Positions 12,670-24,863 of a stretch of DNA of 64,000 bases are shown piece after piece; positions within the stretch are counted from its first letter, which is position 1; each line of letters starts with the position of its first letter. The notes under the pieces were generated by a model, which searched no databases, was not told the DNA's origin, and saw only the letters and a program-made list of their open reading frames with translations. A program made the translations under genes and the position numbers. This DNA is from Eledone cirrhosa (taxonomy: Eukaryota): assembly GCA_964016885.1 (NCBI GenBank), contig OZ024760.1:31062001-31126000 (forward strand), read 5' to 3'.

Positions 12670-13020
12670 AACATTGCTGATGAGGGTTGACATGGCAACA
12701 CAGTTGATGAGGGTTGACATGGCAACACTGGTGGGTGGGGGTTGACATGGAAACACTGCTGATTAGGGTTGACATGGCAACACTACTGATGAGGGTTGAC
12801 ATGGCAACAATGCTGATGAGGGTTGATATGGCAACAATGCTGATGAGAGTTGACATAGTAACACTGCTGATGAGGGTTGACATGGCACACTACTGATGAG
12901 GGTTGACATGGCAACAATGCTGATGAGGGTTGACATGGTAACACTGTTAGGTGAGGGTTGACATGGCAACACTGCTGATGAGGGTTGACATGGTAACAGT
13001 TAGATGAGGGTTGACATGGC
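12670..13020. repeat. 27-bp minisatellite GATGAGGGTTGACATGGCAACACTGCT
   Basis: About 13 tandem units. Confidence 0.9.
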
Positions 13021-13141
13021 TAAACAGCAGCAACAACATCATTAGTGACAACAGCAGCATCAACATATTCATATTAATTAGATTTTAAGGCAATGTTTCC
13101 AGCTAAAGGAAGGGATTAGTTTTGCAGGTCCCACTTGAAGC

Positions 13142-13351
13142 TGTACCATACTTATCATGGGGTCCTTTTTATGTACCATACATATCATGGGGTCCTTTTT
13201 ATGTACCATACTTATCATGGGGTCCTTTTTATGTACCATACTTATCATGGGGTCCTTTTTATGTACCATACTTATCATGGGGTCCTTTTTATGTACCATA
13301 CATATCATGGGGTCCTTTTTATGTACCATACATATCATGGGGTCCTTTTTA
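13142..13351. repeat. 30-bp tandem repeat, 7 copies
   Basis: TGTACCATAC[TA]TATCATGGGGTCCTTTTTA, near-identical units. Confidence 0.95.
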
Positions 13352-13518
13352 AGGCCATCTTTTAAGGACAGATCCTCTTCCTGGCACCAACACTTTCACT
13401 TTCGGGTTGCTTTTACAAGCAGCATGCAGGGACACAGCATACCTATTCTAAACTGGATACACACAGGAAGATTGTAAAGAAATGGTAAGGAATAGAATAT
13501 CCGTTGTAAGGTACATAC

Positions 13519-13607
13519 GTATGTCCTCCTCCATCTTATTATTCTCAACCCTTATCCTTGTCTTGGCAGCTATTTCCTGAAACTTAGTAAAGGATTCTTC
13601 ACAGCAG
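13519..13607 (-). CDS. ERICH3: ERICH3-like gene, exon 9 (CCEESFTKFQEIAAKTRIRVENNKMEEDI)
   Basis: Acceptor ccatttcag, donor C|gtatgt, phase 2-1; completes the CSLC motif corresponding to PCYKC at the end of DUF4590. Confidence 0.7.
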
Positions 13608-13883
13608 CTGAAATGGTATCACACAATAGTCACAGACTTAAGAGAGGAACATTTAGAGTGTTGGCCTACTAAGGCTAATATATAGATACATTTTATATAC
13701 ATATACATACATATATATATACATATATGCATACTTTTACATATACATACATACACATATATATATACATACGTATACACAAATATATATACATATATAT
13801 AAATATACATACATACATACACACACACACATATATATATACATAGATATACATACATACATACACACACATATACATAGATA

Positions 13884-14315
13884 TGATGATGATGGTTGCA
13901 CCTTGATTTCGAGTAATGCCATTGCTTGACACCTCAGCACGGACGTGGCTTTTTAGCCCTGCTAGGGATTTGCACACTCTTACACAGATGTTACAACAAT
14001 GGAGGCTTCTCACAGTAGGTGTTGTGGTCCTGTTTTGGTGCACTTTCATATGACCTTACAGTCTACCAACTGAGGCACACTCCCCATAAACAGTTGACTG
14101 TGTCCTGTGTATGTGGCTTCTCTGATGACTTCCAAGGCCTGCCCTACTTAGACAAACTAGACTCAAAGCCCTTACAAGCACACCGCTTGAGCTGTTCATG
14201 TTCAACATGGTTTCTTTCAAATTCTCACCTCCTATCATGCACTGCCTTCCTACAGGAAAGTTGATCTAGAGCGAGGTTCTCCCAGTCATTCTCTGATATT
14301 TGTATGCAATCCTTC
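13884..14315 (-). mobile_element. RTE-like LINE 3' fragment with C2H2-type finger
   Basis: CNICVRVCKSLAGLKSHVR in ORF 13693..14049; ends at CATCATCAT; related fragment at 16650-17250. Confidence 0.65.
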
Positions 14316-14377
14316 TACCTCAATACATAGATATACATACTCACATATATATATATACACACATACATATACATACA

Positions 14378-14429
<52 letters not shown>

Positions 14430-14461
14430 CACCATACATACATATATATATATATATATAT

Positions 14462-14983
14462 GATATATTTTCTTTTGGTCGTTTTGGAAGCCTCAACAAT
14501 ACAGATGGGTAATTCTCCAGGTAACAAGATCCTGTGGTGAAGAGAGAGATGTAAGTAAATGTAGGATGAGATGTATAGTGTGTAGAAGAACGTAGGAAAA
14601 AGCATAAAAAATAAAAACAATAACACGAGATAGAGTTATTTTGGGAGAGATTTAATTGTCCCTATATTTCGGATTCACATCTAAACAACGAACAGCAGAA
14701 GACACGTATCGATCCTATCCGACAGATAACCTCCCCCCCCCCCCCCCCGGAAAACCCCCCAGTTGGATGTGAATCCGAAATATAGGGACAATTAAATCTC
14801 TCCCAAGATAACACTATCTCGTGTTATTGTTTTTATTTTTTACGCTCTTTCCTATGTTCTTCTACACACTATACATCTCATTCTACATTTACTTACATCT
14901 CTCTCTTCACCACCGGATCTTGTTACTCGGAGAGTTACCCATCTGCATTGTTGAAGCTTCCAAAACGACCAAAAGAAAATATA
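14462..14983. repeat. Long inverted repeat (arms about 220 bp, spacer about 80 bp with poly-C) between (AT)n tracts
   Basis: 14462-14682 is the near reverse complement of 14765-14983; the ORFs 14315..14626(-) and 14821..15216(+) give near-identical peptides. Confidence 0.9.
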
Positions 14984-15009
14984 TCTTATTATTCCACAAT
15001 GCTTCAATA

Positions 15010-15163
<154 letters not shown>

Positions 15164-15197
15164 TACATATACATACATATATATATATATATATACA

Positions 15198-15588
15198 CAC
15201 ATGGCTTAGTGGTTAGAGCATTGGCCTTGCAATCGAAAAGTTGTGAGTTCAATTTTCAGACCGGGTGATGTGGTTTCCTTGAACTAGACACTTTATTTCA
15301 CATTGCTCCAGTTTACTCAGCTGTAGAAATGAGATGATAGGGACTGGGGTCCCTATCATTCCACTGCAAAGTGGACGTGGAGGTGCCACGGCAAAAAAGC
15401 ACCCAGCCCACACTGTAAAGTGGTCGTGGAGGTGCCACGGCAAAAAAGCACCCAGCACTCACTGTAAATGAGGTTGGTGTTAGGAAGGGCGTCCAGCTGT
15501 AGAAATCAAGCCAGAATCAGTTCCCGTTCCACCCTTGCAAGCAGGGAAAAAGCGGATGTAAAATGAAATGATGACGATGATGATGATG
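15198..15588 (+). mobile_element. tRNA-head CORE-type SINE with RTE-derived 3' tail
   Basis: TGGCTTAGTGGTTAGAGC A-box, GAGTTCAATT B-box, CORE-like segment; tail GGTGTTAGGAAGGGC...GCAAGCAGGGAAAA...GATGATG is shared with the RTE LINEs. Confidence 0.75.
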
Positions 15589-15805
15589 ACACATACATAC
15601 ATATATATATATATCTCATACGTCAATATATGGCACTCACTCATGACATTATGGTCTTGGCCCCACTGTACCACCTCCAACCCCTTTAAGTCAGTTCTCT
15701 AGCACAGCCACAGTTTAATAACTGCAATAAATGACACACTGAATAAATAAATAAGACATTAATACTAACAATAAAATATAGAAATAAAGAATGCGAAAGA
15801 CTTAC

Positions 15806-15992
15806 AGCGAACAGCATGATGTCCCTTTGACATCGAGGAGTAATAGCTGGCCACGCGGGCCTCCTAACCGGCATCCCGGTATCTGTTTGTACTCACAACA
15901 AGAATTCACTTTCAAGTGCAGCATTCCATTGAGATAAACGAACAGTATCAATGGGTAATCATTCTCATGGTGGGATGTGAATGTAAATTTAT
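15806..15992 (-). CDS. ERICH3: ERICH3-like gene, exon 8 (DUF4590 core)
   Basis: KFTFTSHHENDYPLILFVYLNGMLHLKVNSCCEYKQIPGCRLGGPRGQLLLLDVKGTSCCS matches recalled ERICH3 FQFISKRHHGFPFSLTFFLNGMQVNRLSSCCEYKHRKGSRLGGKRG; acceptor tctctcaccag, donor CT|gtaagt; phase 1-2. Confidence 0.9.
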
Positions 15993-16380
15993 CTGGTGAG
16001 AGACAAGAAGAGATTGAGGAGTGGAGGTGGTTCTTATACAGGTCCGTGTGGTGCACAGCTGGTAATAGGGCTCAAGTCTTACACAAAATGGGGTCCCCCA
16101 ATGCTGATAATAAAAGCCCAGACCAGATGAAAAATTTGAAAATCTGCCTGGGTATAATGTGAAATGTAGGCCTGTGCAAAACTGGTAATAGGCTCAGACA
16201 AGATGTAGAATGTAGGCCCAGGCCAGATGTAGAAAGTAGAATGTAGGCCCAGACAAGATGTAAAATGTATAGGCCCAGGCCAGATGTGGAATATATATAT
16301 ATATAAATATTCCTGTATATATATATATATATATGTGATGTGCTTACCAATAATAACAAAAATAAAAATTCTGAAAGTAT

Positions 16381-16418
<38 letters not shown>

Positions 16419-16576
16419 ATATGTATATACACAGAGATATCACAGCTGGTGATATGCATGTAAGTAAATATTCTCTTTACCTGATATTTTATAACTAACC
16501 TTACATAGATCAATATCGAAGTATAGCTACAATGTATTATCACCATCTAAACTATACCTCTAATGACTTGATTTTA

Positions 16577-16635
<59 letters not shown>

Positions 16636-16649
16636 CATATATATATATA

Positions 16650-17250
16650 TGGTGGCTGCCAACTCGTTTTCGAGTACGGCCACTACTTTATATCCATGTA
16701 GGAGAACCCCTACCGATGCACTGAACGAGTGTGACTTTTTAGTCCAGCCAGCGACTTGAAAACTCTGGTACAAACACTACACTTGTGACTATTATTGACA
16801 CATAGTGCTGGTATCATGTGACGACAAGTGCAGAAAGATCTCCAGATATAAAGCAATGCCTGTGCCGTGAAGCTTTTATAGTGAGTAAAGGCACTGCACG
16901 AAGCCAGTCCCACTCTATTAACCAAGATGATATTTACCAAAAAGAAGAACAAGTCAACATCATTGGATACCATCAGGGTTGCAGGTGTTATATCAGAGTA
17001 TTCCTTCTCCTAGAATTCTGCCTTGACAAAGGCTAAGGGGTCATCTCTCCCGACGATTTTGGATGGCCATTGACTCTTAAGAGCTCCTTTGCCCTTTGAC
17101 AGGTTTTGTTTTTAGTCCTGCAGGATGTCCAAAGTCACCCTCCTCACCAAGAAACCTTGGTGGGGTTGCCAGTTTAGTCGCCAACGACCCGACCATGAGA
17201 CAGGTTGTACTGGGATACATGTGACCAGTAGAACCAACTGGTGACCTGAC
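16650..17250 (-). mobile_element. Degenerate RTE-like LINE remnant
   Basis: HKCSVCTRVFKSLAGLKSH finger, like the one at 13884-14315; flanked by (AT)n. Confidence 0.55.
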
Positions 17251-17416
17251 ATATATACATATATGTATATATGTATATATATATATATACATACATATAT
17301 ACATATATACATATATATATATACATACATATATACATATATACATATATACATACATATATACATATATACATATATATATATACATACATATATACAT
17401 ATATATACATATATAC

Positions 17417-17451
<35 letters not shown>

Positions 17452-17460
17452 CATATATAC

Positions 17461-17491
<31 letters not shown>

Positions 17492-17500
17492 CATATATAC

Positions 17501-17533
<33 letters not shown>

Positions 17534-17535
17534 CA

Positions 17536-17596
<61 letters not shown>
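17250..17596. repeat. (AT)n/(ATAC)n microsatellite
   Basis: Seen directly; similar tracts at 13690-13880, 15015-15195 and 29450-30050. Confidence 0.95.
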
Positions 17597-17601
<5 letters not shown>

Positions 17602-19040
17602 AGAGTTTAGCGTAAAAGTTGGCGTCCATCAGGGCTCTGTTCTCAGCCCCCTACTATTTATTATTGCCCTTCAGGCTATAACAGAGGAGTTCAAGACAGG
17701 CTGCCCATGGGAACTCCTATACGCAGACGACCTGACACTCATAGCGGAATCAATGGCCGAGCTAGAGAAGAAATTCCAAACATGGAAGCACGGCCTAGAG
17801 TCAAAAGGACTTAAAATTAACCTGGCTAAGACCAAAGTTCTAGTTTGTAGGAAAGAAAACAAGGCGGCGGTCCCTTCTGGGAAATGGTCGTGCTCGGTAT
17901 GTAGGAAAGGCGTAGGTAGAAACTCCATCTTATGTCCTAAATGCAAAGTATGGGTGCATAAAAGATGTAGTGGGATCACAGGTAAGCTAACTAAGAACAT
18001 AGACTTTACATGTGGCAGGTGTTCTGGTGCAATAAGTAGCAGCAAGTGCCCACAAAATACTAGCTCTTTCAATTGCGCAGAGGGTTCTATAGAAATAGTG
18101 GACAACTTCCGTTACCTGGGCGATAAAATCAGCAGTGGGGGAGGGTGCTCTGAAAGTACTGTAGCTAGAGTCAGAACTGGTTGGAAAAAGTTCAGAGAGC
18201 TTATACCACTATTAGCTGCTAAAGGGTTCTCCCTAAAAATGAAAGGCAGGTTGTACGATGCCTGCATACGAACAGCAATGTTGCATGGTAGTGAGACCTG
18301 GGCATTGTGTGCAGAGGATATACGCAGACTAGAGAGGAACGAAGCTTGCATGCTCCGCTGGATGTGTAACAGTAATATACGTGAACGGCAAAGCATAAAC
18401 GAACTAAGGAAAAAATTAGAGATAAGAGGGATCAGATGTTGTTTACTCGAGAGAAGGCTGCGTTGGTATGGACACGTGATGCGCATGAAAGTCGATAGCT
18501 GTATTACAAAGTGCAGGGCAATAAAGATAGACGGTAGCCACGGAATAGGCAGACCTAGAAAAACATGGGATGAGCTGATAAACTCCGACCTCACACACTT
18601 ACACCTCTCCAAGACAATGTCACTGGACCGTGACCTTTGGCGGTACTCAGTAACAGAGAAGACCCGCCTTGCCAGTAGGCATCTCTAACAAACTACACCC
18701 CGTCCCGCCACCACCCCCACCCCATCCACACCACCCCGTTCTATGTAAAGTTATGTTGGTGCCGCGCCATCCAGGCCGAAACAAATGAGATCGTGTAGGT
18801 GTCACGACAAAAAAACACACAGTCCACGCTGTAATGTGGCCGTGTAGGCAACACGGTAAAAACCTCCCAGACCCACACTGTAAATGTGGTTGGTGTTAGG
18901 AAGGGCATCCAACTGTAGAAAACCTGCCAGACAGTCCTATGCGAGCAAGACAATCACTCTTGCCTCAAGTGGGACTACCCCCGTCCAAACCCATGCAAGC
19001 GTGGAACACGGACGTTAAACGTTGATGATGATGATGATGA
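17597..19040 (+). mobile_element. 5'-truncated RTE LINE (RT C-terminal half, Cys/His finger, 3' UTR, GAT tail)
   Basis: [24 protein letters not shown] 17753..18688 with FRYLG and [10 protein letters not shown]; same subfamily as 30050-33070. Confidence 0.92.
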
Positions 19041-19081
19041 TATATACATACATATATACATACATATATACATATATATAT

Positions 19082-19114
<33 letters not shown>

Positions 19115-19135
19115 CATACATATATACATATATAC

Positions 19136-19781
19136 ATGCTCCGATGGATGTGTAACAGTAATATACGTGAACGACAAAGCATAAATGAATTGAGAGAGAG
19201 ACTGAGCATAAGAGGAATTAAATGCTGTGTGCAGGAGAGGCGGTTGCGCTGGTATGGACACGTGATGCGTATGAAGGATGACAGCTGCATAAAAAGGTGC
19301 AGAGCACTAGAAGTTGATGGAAACCGCAGAGTGGGGAGACCCAAGATGACCTGGGATGAGGTGATAAAAGCCGACCTTACCCAATTACACCTCTCAAAGG
19401 CAATGACACACGACCGTGACCTCTGGCGTCATGCAGTAATACAGAGTACCCGACCTCCCATGGGTACAAGCTGAAGCATATAGACAATATGCCCCCACAC
19501 CTCCCACCGCAAGGTGGTCGTGGAGGTGCCACGACAAAAAAGCACCCAGCCCACACTGTAAAGTGGACATGTAGGCGCCACGAAAAAGCACCCAGCACTC
19601 ACTGTAAATGAGGTTGGTGTTAGGAAGGGCATCCAGCTGTAGAAATCAAGCCAAATCAGTTCCTGTATGAGCAAGGCATGGTCAGCCGACCAGACACTGC
19701 CCACAACAGGACAATCCGTCTAACCCATGCTAGCGTGGAAGAACGGACGTAAAAACGGTGATGATGATGATGATGATGATG
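19136..19781 (+). mobile_element. RTE LINE 3' end
   Basis: MLRWMC...[11 protein letters not shown]...GRPKMTW followed by 3' UTR and (GAT)n. Confidence 0.88.
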
Positions 19782-19895
19782 ATATATGTGTGTGTGTGTG
19801 TGTGTGTGTATCCAGCATTAGTAACTAACTGTCTACACAGTGTACATATGTGTATATATATGTGTGTATGTGTCTATCCAGCATTAGTAACTCAC

Positions 19896-20049
19896 CGTTT
19901 AGACAGTGACATTGGTGGTAGACACAAAGCAGTGTGTCACAATTGTATTGCTGTTCAATATGAACCTCAACACAGTCATCAATGGGAGTATCACAGCGGC
20001 CCAAAAACATGAGAGTTATCGGCAATTTGGAACAGTTCTCATCACATGT
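19896..20049 (-). CDS. ERICH3: ERICH3-like gene, exon 7 (start of DUF4590)
   Basis: TCDENCSKLPITLMFLGRCDTPIDDCVEVHIEQQYNCDTLLCVYHQCHCLN resembles recalled VTMVYLG...EIKVYQQHCGGENLCVYKG; acceptor ttttcaattgtag, donor G|gtgagt; phase 0-1. Confidence 0.82.
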
Positions 20050-20137
20050 CTACAATTGAAAAGTTAGGGGAGAGACATTATTTTATTGTTTTCAGTATAA
20101 ACAAAATGGAATTCTACTGACAGAGCATCATTTGTTC

Positions 20138-22650
20138 GTTAGGGTCTCCTGCTATCTCTAGGTTATCATTTATTGTCTAGGGTCTCCTGCTAACTCTAGG
20201 TTATCCTTTATTGTCTAGGGTCTCCTGCTAACTCTAGGTTATCTTTTACTGTCTAGGGTCTCCTGCTAACTCTAGGTTATCCTTTATTGTCTAGGGTCTC
20301 CTGCTAACTCTAGGTTATCCTTTACTGTCTAGGGTCTCCTGCTAACTCTAGGTTATCCTTTATTGTCTAGGGTCTCCTGCTAACTCTAGGTTATCCTTTA
20401 CTGTCTAGGGTCTCCTGCTAACTCTAGGTTATCCTTTATTGTCTAGGGTCTCCTGCTAACTCTAGGTTATCCTTTACTGTCTAGGGTCTCCTGCTAATTC
20501 TAGGTTATCCTTTATTGTCTAGGGTCTCCTGCTAACTCTAGGTTATCCTTTACTGTCTAGTGTCTCCTGCTAACTATAGGTTATCCTGTATTGTCTAGAG
20601 TCTCCTGCTAACTCTAGGTTATCCCTTATTATCTAGGGTCTCCTGCTAACTCTAGGTTATCATTTACTGTCTAGGGTCTCCTGCTAACTCTAGGTTATCC
20701 TTTACTGTCTAGGGTCTCCTGCTAATTCTAGGTTATCCTTTATTGTCTAGGGTCTCCTGCTAACTCTAGGTTATCCTTTACTGTCTAGTGTCTCCTGCTA
20801 ACTATAGGTTATCCTGTATTGTCTAGGGTCTCCTGCTAACTCTAGGTTATCCTTTACTGTCTAGTGTCTCCTGCTAACTATAGGTTATCCTGTATTGTCT
20901 AGAGTCTCCTGCTAACTCTAGGTTATCCCTTATTATCTAGGGTCTCCTGCTAACTCTAGGTTATCATTTACTGTCTAGGGTCTCCTGCTAACTCTAGGTT
21001 ATCATTTACTGTCTAGGGTCTCCTGCTAACTCTAGGTTATCATTTACTGTCTAGGGTCTCCTGCTAACTCTAGGTTATCCTTTACTGTCTAGGGTCTCCT
21101 GCTAACTCTAGGTTATCCTTTATTGTCTAGGGTCTCCTGCTAACTCTAGGTTATCCTTTACTGTCTAGTGTCTCCTGCTAACTATAGGTTATCCTTTACT
21201 GTCTAGGGTCTCCTGCTAACTCTAGGTTATCCCTTATTATCTAGGGTCTCCTGCTAACTCTAGGTTATCATTTACTGTCTAGGGTCTCCTGCTAACTCTA
21301 GGTTATCCTTTACTGTCTAGTGTCTCCTGCTAACTATAGGTTATCCTGTATTGTCTAGAGTCTCCTGCTAACTCTAGGTTATCTTTTACTGTCTAGGGTC
21401 TCCTGCTAACTCTAGGTTATCCTTTATTGTCTAGGGTCTCCTGCTAACTCTAGGTTATCCTTTACTGTCTAGGGTCTCCTGCTAATTCTAGGTTATCCTT
21501 TATTGTCTAGGGTCTCCTGCTAACTCTAGGTTATCCTTTACTGTCTAGTGTCTCCTGCTAACTATAGGTTATCCTGTATTGTCTAGAGTCTCCTGCTAAC
21601 TCTAGGTTATCCCTTATTATCTAGGGTCTCCTGCTAACTCTAGGTTATCATTTACTGTCTAGGGTCTCCTGCTAACTCTAGGTTATCCTTTATTGTCTAG
21701 GGTCTCCTGCTAACTCTAGGTTATCCTTTACTGTCTAGGGTCTCCTGCTAATTCTAGGTTATCCTTTATTGTCTAGGGTCTCCTGCTAACTCTAGGTTAT
21801 CCTTTACTGTCTAGTGTCTCCTGCTAACTATAGGTTATCCTGTATTGTCTAGAGTCTCCTGCTAACTCTAGGTTATCCCTTATTATCTAGGGTCTCCTGC
21901 TAACTCTAGGTTATCATTTACTGTCTAGGGTCTCCTGCTAACTCTAGGTTATCCTTTATTGTCTAGGGTCTCCTGCTAACTCTAGGTTATCCTTTACTGT
22001 CTAGTGTCTCCTGCTAACTATAGGTTATCCTGTATTGTCTAGAGTCTCCTGCTAACTCTAGGTTATCTTTTACTGTCTAGGGTCTCCTGCTAACTCTAGG
22101 TTATCCTTTATTGTCTAGGGTCTCCTGCTAACTCTAGGTTATCCTTTACTGTCTAGGGTCTCCTGCTAATTCTAGGTTATCCTTTATTGTCTAGGGTCTC
22201 CTGCTAACTCTAGGTTATCCTTTACTGTCTAGTGTCTCCTGCTAACTATAGGTTATCCTGTATTGTCTAGAGTCTCCTGCTAACTCTAGGTTATCCCTTA
22301 TTATCTAGGGTCTCCTGCTAACTCTAGGTTATCATTTACTGTCTAGGGTCTCCTGCTAACTCTAGGTTATCCTTTACTGTCTAGGGTCTCCTGCTAATTC
22401 TAGGTTATCCTTTATTGTCTAGGGTCTCCTGCTAACTCTAGGTTATCCTTTATTGTCTAGGGTCTTTTGCTAACTCTAGGTTATCCTTTATTGTCTAGGA
22501 TCTCCTGCTAACTCTAGGTTATCCCTTATTGTCTAGGGTCTCCTGCTAACTCTAGGTTATCCCTTATTGTCTAGGGTCTTCTGTTAACTCTAGGTTATCT
22601 AGGGTCTCCTGCTTTCCCTTGTTGATTAGGGACTCCTGTTACCTCTAGGC
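20138..22650. repeat. 38-bp satellite array (about 65 monomers) with higher-order structure
   Basis: Unit CTAGGGTCTCCTGCTAACTCTAGGTTATCCTTTA[TC]TGT; diagnostic variants recur in a fixed order. Confidence 0.95.
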
Positions 22651-22726
22651 TATTATTCAAATTGTAAATCTATTGCCACTGTAAAACAATAACCTATTCA
22701 GAAGCAATGAAGCTGGTGTTTGTTAC

Positions 22727-22858
22727 CTCACAAGAACATTCTGAGCAATCTACTGTAGGATACAGTGGGGCAACTGTATCGTCATGGAAACGAACTGAAG
22801 TATTTGGATCATTGAGGCATGGTTTGTCATAATATGGCAGCAAATCATCTTGATCAAG
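22727..22858 (-). CDS. ERICH3: ERICH3-like gene, putative exon 6 (LDQDDLLPYYDKPCLNDP...CSECSCE)
   Basis: Acceptor taatttttcag, donor GAG|gtaaca; 132 nt, phase 0-0, open frame, unique sequence. Confidence 0.65.
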
Positions 22859-23369
22859 CTGAAAAATTATATAGAATTGTGAAAAATATTACAACTATAT
22901 ATATATATATATGACTTCTACAGGACTAGAATTGTTTCATTCAAAGGAAACAGTTCTAGTCTTGTAGAAGCCATTTCTATATTAAAACTTTTATACTCTG
23001 CTATGTATTGATTACCTTACTTACTGTGGTTACCTCCGATTGAACCTGGGATACACATATACACACATATATATTACTACATACATACACACAGTCACAC
23101 ACATTTTATTACTATATACATACATTCACACACACGCACACATATTTTATCACCACCACCCCAAAAGATAAAAGGCAATGTTGACCACAGTAGGATTTGA
23201 ACTCAGAATGTTAAAAGCTGGAACAAATATCGAAACAACATTTTATCTGATGCTCCACCAATTCTGTTGCCCTGGTGATGGCAACAGCAACAACAACAAC
23301 GATAACAAATGACAATCTAATATGTAATGATTGAAGATCTGCGAGACTGTGTCCAGTTTATTATATTAC

Positions 23370-23776
23370 ATCATCATCATCATCATCATCATTTTACGTC
23401 CGCTTTTCCCTGCTTGCAAGGGTGGGACGGGTCTTATTCAGCACAGCATCTCTCCACTCGTCACGGTCCCTCGTCATCTCCACCGTGAGCTTCAATGATC
23501 TGAGGTCTGTTCTCACCACCTCCGCCCCTGTTTTTCGTGGTCTACCTCTACCACGTCTTCCTTCAACTGGCATTTCCTGGCACTTCTTCACCCATCGGTC
23601 ATCCTCCATGCGCATCACATGTCCATACCACCTCAGTCTCCTCTCCCGTACACTACATTCTATCCCTCTCAGACACAGTTTCTCTCTCAACACATTTATG
23701 CTGGGTCGTTCACACACATTTACACTGCACATCCAATGGAGCATGCTTGCCTCATTTCTCTCCAGCCGTCGCATAT
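23370..23776 (-). mobile_element. RTE LINE 3' end
   Basis: ORF 23394..23774 (RLERNEASMLHWMC...GRPRKT) followed by a (GAT)n tail. Confidence 0.9.
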
Positions 23777-23842
23777 CCTGTTATTAAAATAAGTTGGATT
23801 ACTCTGAATAAAGCATGAACGAATATTATGTAATTTATCTAC

Positions 23843-24085
23843 TAGACGATAATGTTATGATATGAACTCTAACGGAAGTTGACATTTGAAAGTTTTCACA
23901 GAAGTGAATCTTGAAATAAGCAATACATTATATATAAGATTATATATGTTTAATCAAGAGATAGGAATCTCTTGATTAAATATAAATAATCTTATATATA
24001 ATGTATTGCTTATTTCAAGATTTACTTCTGTGAAAACTTTCAAATGTCAACTTCCGTTAGAGTTCATATCATAACATTATCGTCT
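23843..24085. repeat. Near-perfect 240-bp palindrome
   Basis: AGACGATAATGTTATG...TCAAGAGAT-agga-ATCTCTTGA...CATAACATTATCGTCT. Confidence 0.9.
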
Positions 24086-24284
24086 TTTTTTAAATGTATC
24101 ATGGATGACTTTACTCATTACAGAAGAAAGTGTAACACAGACTTTGTTCAATTTCTCTGCATATTGTCAATTAATTTTCAATTTACATATCATATCTATA
24201 TGCATATATATTTGCATATGATATCAATATGCACACTACATATGCTAGGGCGGTTTTCTGTTGGTAATGATTGATAATAATAAT

Positions 24285-24720
24285 AATGTTTCTACTTTTG
24301 GCACAAGGCCAGCAATTACCCCAGTGCATTACTGGTACTCTATTTTATCAACCCCGTAAGGATGAAAAGGGGGATCGATAAAATAAAGCACCAGTAATTT
24401 GCTGGGGTAATTGCTGGCCTTGTGCCAAAATAATAATTGTTTCTACTTTTGGCACAAGGCCAGCAATTACCCAGTACATTACTGGTACTTTATTTTATCG
24501 ACTCCGTAAGGATGAAAGGCAAAGTTAACCTCGGCGGGAATTGAACTCGGGTCATAAAGGGACGTAACTATGCTGCAAAGCATGGCGTCCGACTCTCTAC
24601 CGATACTGCCAATGACAAAAATAATTATTATTTCTACTTTAGGCACAAGGCCAGCAATTACCCAGAGCATTACTGGTACTTTATTTTATCGACCCCGTAA
24701 GGATGAAAGGTAAAGTTAAA
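24285..24720 (-). mobile_element. Cluster of family-A SINE copies, including one foldback (24297-24430)
   Basis: Three TTTCTACTTT.GGCACAAGGCCAGCAATTACC segments plus one inverted copy. Confidence 0.8.
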
Positions 24721-24736
24721 TAATAGATATTCTTAC

Positions 24737-24859
24737 CACCAAACACTCTTTATTGCATTGGGAGCAATAACTGTAGAATGATTGTTCATCAGTAATTGGT
24801 GAATATATTGAACCACCAAGGCAGGAGGAGTTAATAAAGGCATAGCAATCTGTTAGCGA
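24737..24859 (-). CDS. ERICH3: ERICH3-like gene, putative exon 5 (SLTDCYAFINSSCLGG...CSQCNKECLV)
   Basis: Acceptor tgtgtatttacag, donor GTG|gtaaga; 123 nt, phase 0-0, open frame. Confidence 0.65.
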
Positions 24860-24863
24860 CTGT

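Noticed and set aside
13350-13452. Possible extra exon after exon 9 (acceptor tgtatccag)
   Set aside because: Stops occur in the required frame for each nearby AG.
15198-15265. tRNA gene
   Set aside because: A and B boxes are present but there is no complete cloverleaf, and it continues into a SINE body and RTE tail.
20138-22650. CRISPR-like or telomeric array
   Set aside because: Contiguous monomers with no unique spacers, no cas genes and a eukaryotic context; CTAGGG/CTAGG only superficially resembles TTAGGG.
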